64,000 nt of DNA from Verrucomicrobiia bacterium (GTDB lineage: Bacteria; Verrucomicrobiota; Verrucomicrobiia; Limisphaerales; UBA11358), in NCBI GenBank assembly GCA_049280815.1, contig JBAPQW010000053.1:125108-189107 (forward strand), written 5' to 3'. The first letter of the stretch is position 1. Each line of letters starts with the position of its first letter. The notes below the pieces were generated by a model that saw only the letters and a program-made list of their open reading frames with translations, had not been told where the DNA came from and did not search any database. Made by a program: the position numbers and the translations under genes. This document shows, in pieces, positions 54,608-63,735 of the stretch.

Positions 54608-56017
54608 TTATCTGCCGATGATGACATGCCAGGCATCTTTGAGCGCATCCGGCAGGCTGTAAATATCCATCCCGGTAATCGCAATCACGCTGCCCCAGCC
54701 CAGGAGCAGCAGGAACCAGCCGTTGCGCCACCGGCCCATGATTTTACGCGAGGAGGTGAAGTGCAGCAACGGAAACATGGCGAACGGCAGGACGAGGCAG
54801 AGATAGACCTGGCTCAAGTTTACCAGGTCGGTGATGCTGCCGTTGCCACGGATGCCGATGATCAGGATGGCCGGGATCACGGCCAGCAGCCGCGAAATCA
54901 TCCGGCGCAGCCACGGCCGGATGCGCCAGTTCATGAAGCCTTCCAACACCACCTGCCCGGCCAGGGTGCCGGTGATCGTGCTGCTCTGGCCGCTGGCGAG
55001 CAGCGCTATGGCGAACAAGGTGCTGGCGGCCACCGTGCCCAGCAACGGCGCCAGCGTCAGATAGGCAACGCGGATCCAGTCGCTGTCGGGGCTGAACGCG
55101 ATGACCTGCCCGCCGGCCACGGTGACGCTGGTCTTGCCGTAGAAAACCAGCGCCGCCAGCACAAGAATGGCCGCGTTGACGAAGAACGCAATGATCAGCG
55201 CGACGCTGGAATCCAAGGTGTTGAACCGGATGGCGGTCCGAATGGAGCTTTCATCGCGTCCGACATTTCGCGACTGCACCAGGGCCGAATGCAGGTAAAG
55301 GTTGTGCGGCATCACGGTTGCGCCAATCATGCCGACCGCAATCACCAGCATGCCGGCCTGGTGCAGGTCCGGTCGCACGAGCGCCCGGGCCATTTCGGAG
55401 AAGACGGGCTGGGTCTGCGGGAAAATAAATATCTCAATGGCGTAGCACACGCCGATGGTCAGCACGAAAACGGCGACCACCGCCTCAATCATTCTCATGC
55501 CCATCCCCTGCAACGACAGCAACAGCAGCACGTCGAACGCGGTGATGACAATCGCCCACAAAATCGGGATGTGGAAAAGCAGGTTCAGGGCGACCGCGCT
55601 GCCCAGCGACTCGGCCAGGTCCGTGGCGCACACGGCAATTTCCATGGTGATCCAGTTGGGCCAGCGGGTCCAACGGGGATAAAAATCGCGGCTGCATTGC
55701 GCCAGGTCCTTGCCGGTGGCAATGCCGAGCCGCGCGGAAATGACCTGAAGAATCAAAGCCATGAAACTGGCCATGGCCACGACCCAGAGCAGCCCGTATT
55801 TGAACTGCGCGCCGCCGGCGAGGTCCGTACCCCAGTTGCCAGGGTCCATGTAGCCCACGCTGATGAGGATCGCCGGTCCGGAGAAAGCCATCCATTGCCG
55901 CCAGAAGCCGGCTTGGGCATTTGGCACCGGCACGGTGTGGTGAACTTCCGACAGCGAAACCTGTCCCGCCGGTTTGCGCCAGTCGGAGCCAGGTGTTGGA
56001 GTTGGTTTGGAGTCCAT
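54608..56017 (-). CDS. mntH: Nramp-family divalent metal (Mn2+) transporter MntH
   Basis: 469 aa from the ATG at 56017, with the signature GYMDPGNW and about 11 TM segments. Confidence 0.95.
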   Translation of the reverse strand: MDSKPTPTPGSDWRKPAGQVSLSEVHHTVPVPNAQAGFWRQWMAFSGPAILISVGYMDPGNWGTDLAGGAQFKYGLLWVVAMASFMALILQVISARLGIATGKDLAQCSRDFYPRWTRWPNWITMEIAVCATDLAESLGSAVALNLLFHIPILWAIVITAFDVLLLLSLQGMGMRMIEAVVAVFVLTIGVCYAIEIFIFPQTQPVFSEMARALVRPDLHQAGMLVIAVGMIGATVMPHNLYLHSALVQSRNVGRDESSIRTAIRFNTLDSSVALIIAFFVNAAILVLAALVFYGKTSVTVAGGQVIAFSPDSDWIRVAYLTLAPLLGTVAASTLFAIALLASGQSSTITGTLAGQVVLEGFMNWRIRPWLRRMISRLLAVIPAILIIGIRGNGSITDLVNLSQVYLCLVLPFAMFPLLHFTSSRKIMGRWRNGWFLLLLGWGSVIAITGMDIYSLPDALKDAWHVIIGR

Positions 56018-56030
56018 AAACAAGAATGAA

Positions 56031-56912
56031 TCAATAGCGCCATGTCATTCCCACCCATGGATGCCAATCATCCGCGGCCGCCGTTACACCGATGTAGACG
56101 CCGCCGTCAAAAATCAGATTTGGGTTGGCCTGATAGGTAAACCAGGTGTCGAACGTGCCAATCCAATCGGAATTTTGTTCCGTGCTGATGCTGCTGAAAA
56201 ATTCCACGTGATACTCCAGTGGACCGAGGACCGCATGGCCAATGCTGACGGAATTGTCAAATTCAGCATGGTAGCCGCTTCCAACATGGTTGCGGTTGCA
56301 GTTGAAAGTGGTTTGGAAACCCACGTCCCAATTCGGAACGTCAAAGGCATAGGGAATCCCCACACCCCCTTGGACGGAGCCAGCGCCCAGATTTTCCTGG
56401 CTGGTTGGCAACGTTGCAAAGGGAATAAGCGCCAGCGCAAAAAAACCGCCGTCATTGCCTGTGAGGTTCTCTTTGATGCGCAGAGTGGTGTCGCCAAATC
56501 CGGACAGGTGCTCGACGGTGCCCGGGCTGCCTTGCTCGGTGCGTTCCCATTGCCAGGGTGCCAGCACCAGCTGAAAATCCGTGTTGTTGAAGACACCGAC
56601 TTTAAGATTCATTGGCACAATCTGATATTCTTCGGACTGGGTGTTGCCGTGTTCCGAATTGGGCGAGTCGTAGGTGAAGTTGGCGAAATCCATTTCCAGT
56701 TGAAAGTGCCCGGCGTCCACCGTATATGGGCTGTCCGTTTTGTCAGGCCGGTCTGGACTTATTTCCCGCATATATTTATCCGGCGTCGGATTGAACAGGT
56801 TGTACCCGCTTTTGTCCGGCGGAACGGCGTTGGCTTCCTGCGCGTCCGCGCCTGCGCCAGACGCCGACGCCCAAACCATTGTAGCAACGCCCATTCTTTT
56901 TATCAAATGCAA
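56031..56912 (-). CDS. outer-membrane beta-barrel (MetA-pathway/phenol-degradation-like transporter family)
   Basis: 293 aa (TTG start at 56912, or ATG at 56894) with a signal peptide. It has a SGYNLFNPTP...DRPD.TDSPYTVDAGHFQ.E start, alternating beta-strand pattern and an aromatic C-terminus (WRY). Its stop lies 13 nt before the mntH ATG. Confidence 0.8.
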   Translation of the reverse strand: MHLIKRMGVATMVWASASGAGADAQEANAVPPDKSGYNLFNPTPDKYMREISPDRPDKTDSPYTVDAGHFQLEMDFANFTYDSPNSEHGNTQSEEYQIVPMNLKVGVFNNTDFQLVLAPWQWERTEQGSPGTVEHLSGFGDTTLRIKENLTGNDGGFFALALIPFATLPTSQENLGAGSVQGGVGIPYAFDVPNWDVGFQTTFNCNRNHVGSGYHAEFDNSVSIGHAVLGPLEYHVEFFSSISTEQNSDWIGTFDTWFTYQANPNLIFDGGVYIGVTAAADDWHPWVGMTWRY

Positions 56913-56917
56913 AATAA

Positions 56918-56933
56918 TGTAGCCTTAGTTACA
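56918..56933. promoter_or_regulatory. MntR-box-like site 1
   Basis: TGTAGCCTTAGTTACA has a 6-4-6 architecture (TGTAGC-N4-GTTACA) with 5 of 6 complementary half-site positions. It lies next to the start of the OM-barrel gene. Confidence 0.5.
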
Positions 56934-56960
56934 ATCTGAGCGGCCGGCTGTCAACTGGTT

Positions 56961-56976
56961 TGTAGCCGAAGTTACA
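56961..56976. promoter_or_regulatory. MntR-box-like site 2
   Basis: TGTAGCCGAAGTTACA is identical to site 1 except for the central 2 nt. It lies 49 nt upstream of the mntR start. Confidence 0.5.
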
Positions 56977-57024
56977 AAATAAAACCTCGACTAATAAACC
57001 GGCTTCGGATTCACTCTCCAGGTT

Positions 57025-57489
57025 GTGCCCCGCGCCATTCGCAAACCGCCCGCCGCCGTCCGGAATCCGGAGGCGCGTTCGTCCGCGCAGCAGCACGCCG
57101 AAATCTTCCGCCGTTCACGCCGGGATCGAGCCGCGGAGATCACGCAGGATTATGTCGAAGCCATCGCTGAGCTTTCGGCTTCATGGGGCGAGGCGAGGGT
57201 GGTGGACCTGGCGCGGCAGCTGGGCGTGACCCATGTGACGGTCAACCGCACCTTGGCCCGGTTGCGACAGGCAGGCTATGTGAATACGAGGCCTTACCGG
57301 GCGATTTTTCTAACCGAGGCTGGGCACAAACTGGCCGAGGAATGCCGGCGGCGGCATAAAACGGTGGTGACGTTTTTACGGTCGCTTAACATTTCAGAAA
57401 AGGTGGCCGAGATGGATGCCGAAGGGATTGAACACCACGTCAGTCCGGAAACACTGGCGGCATTTGAACGGCTGTTGAAGAAGCGTTGA
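57025..57489 (+). CDS. mntR: DtxR-family manganese-dependent regulator MntR
   Basis: 154 aa with a GTG start. It has an HTH (ITQDYVEAIAELSASWGEARVVDLARQLGVTHVTVNRTLARL) and a metal/dimerisation domain (RRHKTVVTFL, DAEGIEHHVS). It is divergent from the mntH operon. Confidence 0.85.
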   Translation: MPRAIRKPPAAVRNPEARSSAQQHAEIFRRSRRDRAAEITQDYVEAIAELSASWGEARVVDLARQLGVTHVTVNRTLARLRQAGYVNTRPYRAIFLTEAGHKLAEECRRRHKTVVTFLRSLNISEKVAEMDAEGIEHHVSPETLAAFERLLKKR

Positions 57490-57800
57490 TGAAACCGGTG
57501 GACATTCAACCGATTGGCCGCGAGCTGGCCATCAAATGGGATGATGGCGGCGAGAATTTCATTCCGCTGGAGAAACTGCGTCGGTGTTGCCCTTGTGCGG
57601 GATGCAAGGGCGAGGTGGACATTTTGGGCAACGTTTACAAAAACCCGGACAAGGTGCTGACCCCGCAGGCCTTTGAATTGGTTCGCATTGCAGGCGTGGG
57701 CGGATATGCCGTCCAGCCGGTGTGGGCCGACGGACATTCGTCGGGGATCTATTCCTTTGATTACCTGAAGCGGGTGGCGGATGAAAATCCCGGCAATTGA
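57486..57800 (+). CDS. DUF971 (gamma-butyrobetaine hydroxylase-like N-terminal domain) protein
   Basis: 104 aa with LAIKWDDG, CPCAGC and the tail GHSSGIYSFDYL. A 4-nt overlap joins it to mntR. Confidence 0.8.
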   Translation: MMKPVDIQPIGRELAIKWDDGGENFIPLEKLRRCCPCAGCKGEVDILGNVYKNPDKVLTPQAFELVRIAGVGGYAVQPVWADGHSSGIYSFDYLKRVADENPGN

Positions 57801-57835
57801 AAACAAAAACGGCGCGTTTCGAAAAACGCGCCGTT
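57801..57835. terminator. bidirectional terminator between DUF971 gene and pilQ
   Basis: Perfect 12-bp stem AACGGCGCGTTT-CGAA-AAACGCGCCGTT. The minus strand continues with TTTTTGTTTT, making it strong for pilQ. The plus-strand tail is weaker. Confidence 0.8.
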
Positions 57836-57864
57836 AGATTATCCGGAAACACTCCGGCGTTCAG

Positions 57865-59655
57865 CTATTTTTTATCGTATTCTCCGGCAACCGGGTTTGG
57901 GTTGCTCCAATCACCATGAGGTTCGGCGCCATCCATATATGAATTAGGATTGATCTGGCCTTTCATCACCGTCGGTTTGGATTTGAGGAAATCGGTATTG
58001 GCGGATGAGGCCAGTTGGAAGTCGCTGTCCTTGATGATGGTGGGCGTCAAGAAAATGATCAGGTTGTCCTTGATCGTCTCTTTGGTCTGGCTGCTGAAGG
58101 CCCATTTTAGTCCGGGGATATCGCCCAAGACAGGTACTTTGGTGTAAGTTTCCGTCGGATTGTCATTGACCATGCCGCCCATGACTAGGGTATCGCCATT
58201 GGGTATCATCGCCTGCGAATCCAACTTGCGATAATCAAACAATGGAACCGGGTACGTTGTTGAGCCATTGCCGCCTCCGCCAGACACGGTGACGATGACA
58301 TCGCCAAAATGGTCAGAAACGACAGGCAGCACTTTCAACCAGATGAAATCATTGGCCGAAATGCGTGGGGTTACATCCAGGATGGTTCCGACGTTGGAAT
58401 AGGTGATCGACGAGCTGCCGGAGTTGTTTGCCGTTCCGCCACTCAGGTTGATGATCGGGTAGCTGCGGGTGACTTCGATGTGGGCCGTTTCGTTGTCCAA
58501 AGTGACGACGCGGGGGGTGGAAGTAATCTGGGCGTCGTAAGTTGAATTCAGGAAGGAGAGCACGGCACTCGCGCCGTCGGCATTAAGAAACCCAATCCCC
58601 GGTGTGAAGCCGCTGGCCGTATTGTAGGACACGCCACCAGCGCCCTGGATAATCTTCAGCGCAGTCGAAGAGGGTGTGCCAGGAATCGTGGTTGTCGTCG
58701 CGGAAACTGGACTCATCAAGCCGTTTCCAAAAGTGACGTGTTGTGCCGCCAGCGTGCCGGACCAATCAACTCCCTTGGAGGTCTTGGGGTCGGTGGAAAT
58801 CTGGACCAGTTTGGTTTCAATCAATACCTGCCGGGTGGGTTTGTCGAGTTGGTTCAATAGCGAGTCCACGGCTTCCTGTTCGCTCTCAGTGGACACGACC
58901 ACCAACTGGCTGGTGCGCACATCCGGCAATACCTTGCTGCGCTTGTCCGTGAAGGAAGCGGTGATCGAATCCACCATGTTCGAGGTGCTGGCGTACTTGA
59001 GTTGAACGACGCGCGTCACCAGCGGGATCGGGGCCGAGGGATCCTTGGTGGAGATGCGGGCAATCTGGCTCTTGCGATCGGAAACGAGTTGCAAACCATA
59101 GTTGTCAAGCAAGGCCGTAAGCGCCTGCTCGGCGGTGACATTTTCCCAACGGATGGACAGCGTGGGTTCGGGTTTAATCACCCCATTCTGGTCAGGCTGG
59201 CCGTAACCGATCTTCGGATCGATCAGGTAATTGATTCCCGCCTGGCGGGCCAGGTTTTCAATGGCCGTGGTGATCGGGACGTCCTGAAATTGAATCAAGG
59301 GTATGGTGGGCGGTGCCGCCGGCTGGGGGCTGGCCGCGCTGGCGTTATCATTGCTGCTGGCCGTCGCGGGAGGTTCGCTCGTGGCGGCGGTGGCGGCGGT
59401 ATTGGTGCTGGTCGCAGCCGGAGTATCGCTGGCGCTGGCCACCGCTGGCGCCGTTGGAGTGGCGGCGGCGGCATCGGTGCCGGTCGTCGCGGGAGCCGCC
59501 GTCGCGTTGGCGGCAGCGGCAGAGGCGGGCTGGGTCGCGGGCGCAACGCCATCCGAGGTGGCTGGGTTGGTTGCAATGGTATCAGTTTGGGACAAGGCCC
59601 CCTGCTGCCATGCAAGGCATCCCAGCAGTGTTGCGATTAGTATTTTTGTTTTCAT
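57865..59655 (-). CDS. pilQ: type IV pilus secretin PilQ
   Basis: 596 aa with a signal peptide and an A/T/P-rich low-complexity N-terminal region. The secretin C-domain motifs are VPVLGDIPGLKWAFS and LIIFLTPTII. Confidence 0.85.
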   Translation of the reverse strand: MKTKILIATLLGCLAWQQGALSQTDTIATNPATSDGVAPATQPASAAAANATAAPATTGTDAAAATPTAPAVASASDTPAATSTNTAATAATSEPPATASSNDNASAASPQPAAPPTIPLIQFQDVPITTAIENLARQAGINYLIDPKIGYGQPDQNGVIKPEPTLSIRWENVTAEQALTALLDNYGLQLVSDRKSQIARISTKDPSAPIPLVTRVVQLKYASTSNMVDSITASFTDKRSKVLPDVRTSQLVVVSTESEQEAVDSLLNQLDKPTRQVLIETKLVQISTDPKTSKGVDWSGTLAAQHVTFGNGLMSPVSATTTTIPGTPSSTALKIIQGAGGVSYNTASGFTPGIGFLNADGASAVLSFLNSTYDAQITSTPRVVTLDNETAHIEVTRSYPIINLSGGTANNSGSSSITYSNVGTILDVTPRISANDFIWLKVLPVVSDHFGDVIVTVSGGGGNGSTTYPVPLFDYRKLDSQAMIPNGDTLVMGGMVNDNPTETYTKVPVLGDIPGLKWAFSSQTKETIKDNLIIFLTPTIIKDSDFQLASSANTDFLKSKPTVMKGQINPNSYMDGAEPHGDWSNPNPVAGEYDKK

Positions 59656-59861
59656 ACTTTTATCTCCGATCCGGCTCCGACTTGTTTTTATGTTAAACTT
59701 GGCTGTAAAATTTCCGGCGGCGTCCGGCGGTTTTGGCGGTCGCCTGTTTCAATGCTTCCGATGTGGAAAGAAAGTTTCATGCCAGCACGCAATCCCTTTG
59801 GTAAAAGGATTGTCCGGGCCGACTGGTCAGAAATGAAGGCGGGTGCGTCCATATTTGGGAT

Positions 59862-60305
59862 TCAAGGATTGGTGGTGTACTTCAATTCGTGGTTCTCGCC
59901 GCCGGATTCAACCACCACGGAATGATCCTTGATTTCGACACAGCGGATGTGAATCCGGCCCTGGGAGGTGGCCAGGTCCTGTTCATCGCCGACGGCAAAG
60001 GTGTGATTATTGATGATGGCCAGACGATGATCCGGCGGGCCGGAAATGCCCCTTAAAACAACCGCCGTCATGTCTGCGACATTCACTTTACCCGCCGGCG
60101 CATTCTCATACGGCCGGTTGGAACTGGGGAAAAACGGATCGCGCCCTTGCTGCGGGTTTGTGGGAATGACGAAGACAGAACGTGATGCCGCCCCCGGCGC
60201 GTTGGCTGCGGGGCTGGGGGCTGCCGCCAGCGGCAACACCATGAGCCACGCCATCGAAAGCCCGGCCGCCATTGCGCTTTTGCAGGAATTAATGGAGCGG
60301 TTCAT
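59862..60305 (-). CDS. pilP: PilP-like pilus assembly protein
   Basis: 147 aa with an N-terminal hydrophobic segment, RDPFFP and L.GISG....LAIINN..F.VGD patterns. It sits between pilO and pilQ. Confidence 0.5.
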   Translation of the reverse strand: MNRSINSCKSAMAAGLSMAWLMVLPLAAAPSPAANAPGAASRSVFVIPTNPQQGRDPFFPSSNRPYENAPAGKVNVADMTAVVLRGISGPPDHRLAIINNHTFAVGDEQDLATSQGRIHIRCVEIKDHSVVVESGGENHELKYTTNP

Positions 60306-60315
60306 ACTGTGTCAA

Positions 60316-60891
60316 TCATGAGGGGTTGTTTTTCACCAGGGCCACGATGTCCATTCTGAAGGAAATCTTCTCGGTGCTGCCGTCCGCACCGGGCATGGGT
60401 TCGAGGGACAGGTTAACCACCCGGGCATGCGGAAAGTTATTTTCAAAGTCGGCGATGAACTTGCCCAGGTCGTGGTAATAAGCCGTCCCATTGATGTTGA
60501 ATTTGATTTGCTTGTAGGGGAAGGACGGCAGCAAATCCATCTCGCCGATTATTGGATGGCCAACATCCGGAATTTCCACCCGGTACGATTGTTTGAAGTG
60601 GCGGATCGTGTCATAGGTCCAGGAATACAGATCGCCGGAAGCCAGATCCCCCTCGGTGTCGGTGAGGGCCTGGGATGTTTCCACCAGGCTGCTCGCCACC
60701 GTTTTGGCGTTGGTAACCGTATTCTTGATGCCCAGCAGTTGGGTCTGTGCCGCGCTCTTGTCCCGGGCGATTCTGCTCAGGGAGGCGAACTGGGGCTGGA
60801 TCAAACCGAAATAAATCATTCCCAGCACCGCCAGCGTGACGATGCCGACCGTGACCAGTTGATTGCGTTTTTCTCGGGATAATTTTTTCAT
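60316..60891 (-). CDS. pilO: PilO-like pilus assembly protein
   Basis: 191 aa from the ATG at 60891 (ATGA overlap with the pilN stop). It has a single TM, a coiled coil and a C-terminal ferredoxin-like region. The call is mostly positional. Confidence 0.65.
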   Translation of the reverse strand: MKKLSREKRNQLVTVGIVTLAVLGMIYFGLIQPQFASLSRIARDKSAAQTQLLGIKNTVTNAKTVASSLVETSQALTDTEGDLASGDLYSWTYDTIRHFKQSYRVEIPDVGHPIIGEMDLLPSFPYKQIKFNINGTAYYHDLGKFIADFENNFPHARVVNLSLEPMPGADGSTEKISFRMDIVALVKNNPS

Positions 60892-61559
60892 CGGGTGTTC
60901 TCCGGGAAATTGCATTCGATGTTAAACAACACGAAGGCCTTGCCATCCGGACCAACTTGGGATGGCGACAAATAGGTCAATTGTACCCCGTTGGTTTTGC
61001 TCAACATCGTTTTGAAATAGGTTTCATCGGCAATGGCCTGTTTGAATTTGTTGACCTGATCACCCGGGTTGGCGCTGGAGTCCCGGGCGTCGAGCGATAC
61101 GATGATTTTTTCCCTCACCGTGCCGGAACGGCCGGGGACGACCCGGGTGCCGACGGTCTGCGCCCGGCCTCCTTCCGTGTAAGTATAAAACTGGTCCACT
61201 TTTATCCGCATCAGTTGCACCCCGGCCACATTGACCTTTTGCAAGGCATTGAGCAGGTTGCCCTGGAGAAAGCGGCTGGCGGTCATTTGATTCAACGAGT
61301 CCAGCTTGGCTTTTACGTCCGCCATTTTCTTCTGGTCCGCCTGCACCTGCTGGAATTCATTGGTGTGCGTCTGAATCTCCGTTTGCTGGTCCGACACATC
61401 CTTTTTGGCGAGCATCGCTTTGAGCTGGAGCGAACTGCTCCAGACCAGTATCAGCGCCACCAGCAGCGCCGCGCAAAAAATCATGCGCTTGACAGGATCG
61501 CGGCGGCGCAATTCTTCCGCGGCCTGAGCCTCTGCCAGCAAGTTGATGCGAATCGGCAT
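60888..61559 (-). CDS. pilN: PilN-like pilus assembly protein
   Basis: 223 aa with the MPIRINLL start typical of PilN, followed by a TM and coiled coil. Confidence 0.7.
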   Translation of the reverse strand: MPIRINLLAEAQAAEELRRRDPVKRMIFCAALLVALILVWSSSLQLKAMLAKKDVSDQQTEIQTHTNEFQQVQADQKKMADVKAKLDSLNQMTASRFLQGNLLNALQKVNVAGVQLMRIKVDQFYTYTEGGRAQTVGTRVVPGRSGTVREKIIVSLDARDSSANPGDQVNKFKQAIADETYFKTMLSKTNGVQLTYLSPSQVGPDGKAFVLFNIECNFPENTR

Positions 61560-61571
61560 AATTCAAATCGT

Positions 61572-62645
61572 TTAAAAAGCCGCCAGCGCGGTGCCAATCG
61601 CCACGCACAATTGCGGTCCAATGTGTTCAATTTCCACCGCCTGTTGACCGGGCAGCGCCAGTTGCAACGACGACGTCGGGTTCCACGCCTTGCAATCCGC
61701 GATCAATTCCGCATGCAACATTTGCAGTATCATCTCCGACCGGGCCGACCCGCCGGTGACATAGACCTGCGATACGGGGCGGTCCTGCTGGTGTTCAAAA
61801 AAGTCGAGGGAGGCGCGCAATTCGCGTCCCAAGGGCTGCACCTGGGCTTCCAGCGTGGACTGGACTTCCGGCGCCATGCCCACCTTGATGCCTTCGGCTT
61901 CGGCGTAGGTGATGTTCATTGCCTCGGCCAGTCCCGTGGTCAATTTGTCACCGCCGATGTTGACCACGCGGCTCAAGACCAATTCGCCTCGATCCACCAC
62001 GCAAATGGAGGAATGTTTGAAGCCGACATCCACCAAGGCGACCGATTCGCTGGCAAACGCCTCGGGGAGCGCCAGTTCAAATGCATTTACCGGTCCGATG
62101 AGCCCGGGCACAATATGATCCGGCGTCAGCCCGGCATCCCGGATCGCCTGTTGCAAATCGTCAACCACCTGTTGCTTCATGCCGGCCACGAGCACCTTCA
62201 ATTTAGGAATGGTCCCCGCTTTGGGGGCTTCGGCGGATTTGCCCTGCGCCTTCGGCGGGAAAACGTGACAGTCAAACACATGGTTCGGCATGTCCTGTTG
62301 CAAATATCCCTTGGTGTTGTTCTTCAAGACCAGCCGCATTTCGTCCACCGGGATCTGTGGCAGCTCCACCTGCCGGACCACGGTGTCGTCCAGACCGATC
62401 GCCAGGGTGACGAGCTTGGTTTGCGATCCCAAGGCCTGGGCCACGGCCCGCAAATGTTCGGTGAGCAATTCCGGGGAAATTTTTTTCTCGTAAATCGGCG
62501 CGTCAATCAACGCAAAACGGGTGAGGGCCAGGACTTCGCCGCGCCGTTCCAGGAGAACGGCCTTGGTGGTCCGGCCACCCAGATCCATCACCATCATCTG
62601 GGCCCGCTTCTTCCTCATTACGCCGTTTAGAAATGGCAGTGCCAT
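61572..62645 (-). CDS. pilM: type IV pilus assembly protein PilM (actin-like ATPase fold)
   Basis: 357 aa with MDLGGRTTK, VDVGFKHSSICVV and NIGGDKLT, typical of PilM/FtsA-like proteins. Confidence 0.85.
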   Translation of the reverse strand: MALPFLNGVMRKKRAQMMVMDLGGRTTKAVLLERRGEVLALTRFALIDAPIYEKKISPELLTEHLRAVAQALGSQTKLVTLAIGLDDTVVRQVELPQIPVDEMRLVLKNNTKGYLQQDMPNHVFDCHVFPPKAQGKSAEAPKAGTIPKLKVLVAGMKQQVVDDLQQAIRDAGLTPDHIVPGLIGPVNAFELALPEAFASESVALVDVGFKHSSICVVDRGELVLSRVVNIGGDKLTTGLAEAMNITYAEAEGIKVGMAPEVQSTLEAQVQPLGRELRASLDFFEHQQDRPVSQVYVTGGSARSEMILQMLHAELIADCKAWNPTSSLQLALPGQQAVEIEHIGPQLCVAIGTALAAF

Positions 62646-62714
62646 GTTGTTGCTTTGTTATTTTTTCAGTTTCAGAATTGCGAACGGCAATTCAAATCGA
62701 ACTGGAAGTGTTTT

Positions 62715-62731
62715 AGCAACTGCTGCGCCAA
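62715..62731 (-). promoter_or_regulatory. sigma54-like -24/-12 promoter upstream of pilM
   Basis: Minus strand reads TTGGCGCAGCAGTTGCT, with correct GG-N10-GC spacing and a TTGCT -12 half. The predicted TSS is about 60 nt upstream of the pilM ATG. No EBP gene is in the window. Confidence 0.4.
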
Positions 62732-62862
62732 GTAGGCCGGTCCAAGCGGTCTGACATGGAATTCGTTGCCGTGCGAAGTTGCCGGGCCGGGGAAAACCCT
62801 CAAAACCAGCGGGGTTGTCCCGACCTAGGGCGGGAGGTGTCTCGGAACTTGCCGCGCATGTT

Positions 62863-63735
62863 TCATGCCAGCTCTTTTGCCCGCAACTTCGATTCCTCGA
62901 TGAAGGCCTCCAACAATGGAGTTACGTGTCCGTGCCACAGCGCGGCAATCTTGATCGGGGCGAAACCCGGCAACGGCAGCGCCCGCACGCCGGCCGGCAG
63001 AGCCTTCTTCGGAATCGCCACCGACAAGCCGATGCCGAGTCCCTTGGACACATAGATTTCGATCAGGTCTGTCGAGCTGGCTTCGATGCTCGGAAACCAT
63101 TCCACGCCCAGATGGTTGAGCTGGTTGAGAAAATTCCGGGAAAGCGCTTCCGCGGGCGGCAGGCAGATCAGGGATTCATCGATCCGGTCGCGCTGCCACA
63201 ACTCCTCCGCGGATTTGATCCGACAGGTTTTGTCCACGAGCAACACCAGCGGCAATTCCAGCAGCGTCAACGACTGGAATCCCGGCGGATGTTTCTTTTC
63301 CATCAAGGTGATGGCCAGGTCAATCTCATCGTGTTCCAGCAGCGTATGCAGGTGGGCGGGAAAGCCTTCGCGCAGGGACACCTTCAGCCCGGGGAATTTT
63401 TTGCGCACGCCCTGCAGCAGCCGGGGAACGTGGTCGCGCAGGATGATCGTCGAGGCGCCGATCCGGATGTGCCGCGCCTGTCCCCCCTGAAGTTCGCCGG
63501 CGATTTTGTCGAGGTTCGAAAAGAACGGCAGGATGAATGCGTAAAGTTTGCCGCCGTCCGGGGTCAGCGAAAACGGCCGCCGGTGAAACAATTTCACGCC
63601 GAGAAATTCCTCGAGCTGGGCCACCTGGGCGCTCACCGCCGGCTGCTGGATGCCGTAGGGAATATTCCGCACCGCCGGCATGATGCCGCCGTGCCGGGCA
63701 ACGAAATAAAACAGTTCGAGATGATGAACGTTCAT
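62863..63735 (-). CDS. LysR-family transcriptional regulator
   Basis: 290 aa from the ATG at 63735 (MNVHHLELFYFVARHGGIMPAVRNIPYGIQQPAVSAQVAQLEEFLGVKLFHRR) plus a LysR substrate-binding domain. Confidence 0.9.
   Translation of the reverse strand: MNVHHLELFYFVARHGGIMPAVRNIPYGIQQPAVSAQVAQLEEFLGVKLFHRRPFSLTPDGGKLYAFILPFFSNLDKIAGELQGGQARHIRIGASTIILRDHVPRLLQGVRKKFPGLKVSLREGFPAHLHTLLEHDEIDLAITLMEKKHPPGFQSLTLLELPLVLLVDKTCRIKSAEELWQRDRIDESLICLPPAEALSRNFLNQLNHLGVEWFPSIEASSTDLIEIYVSKGLGIGLSVAIPKKALPAGVRALPLPGFAPIKIAALWHGHVTPLLEAFIEESKLRAKELA

Noticed and set aside
54230-56939. 599-aa and 321-aa plus-strand ORFs
   Set aside because: They are antisense to mntH (DPGN signature) and to the OM barrel gene. 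No independent support.
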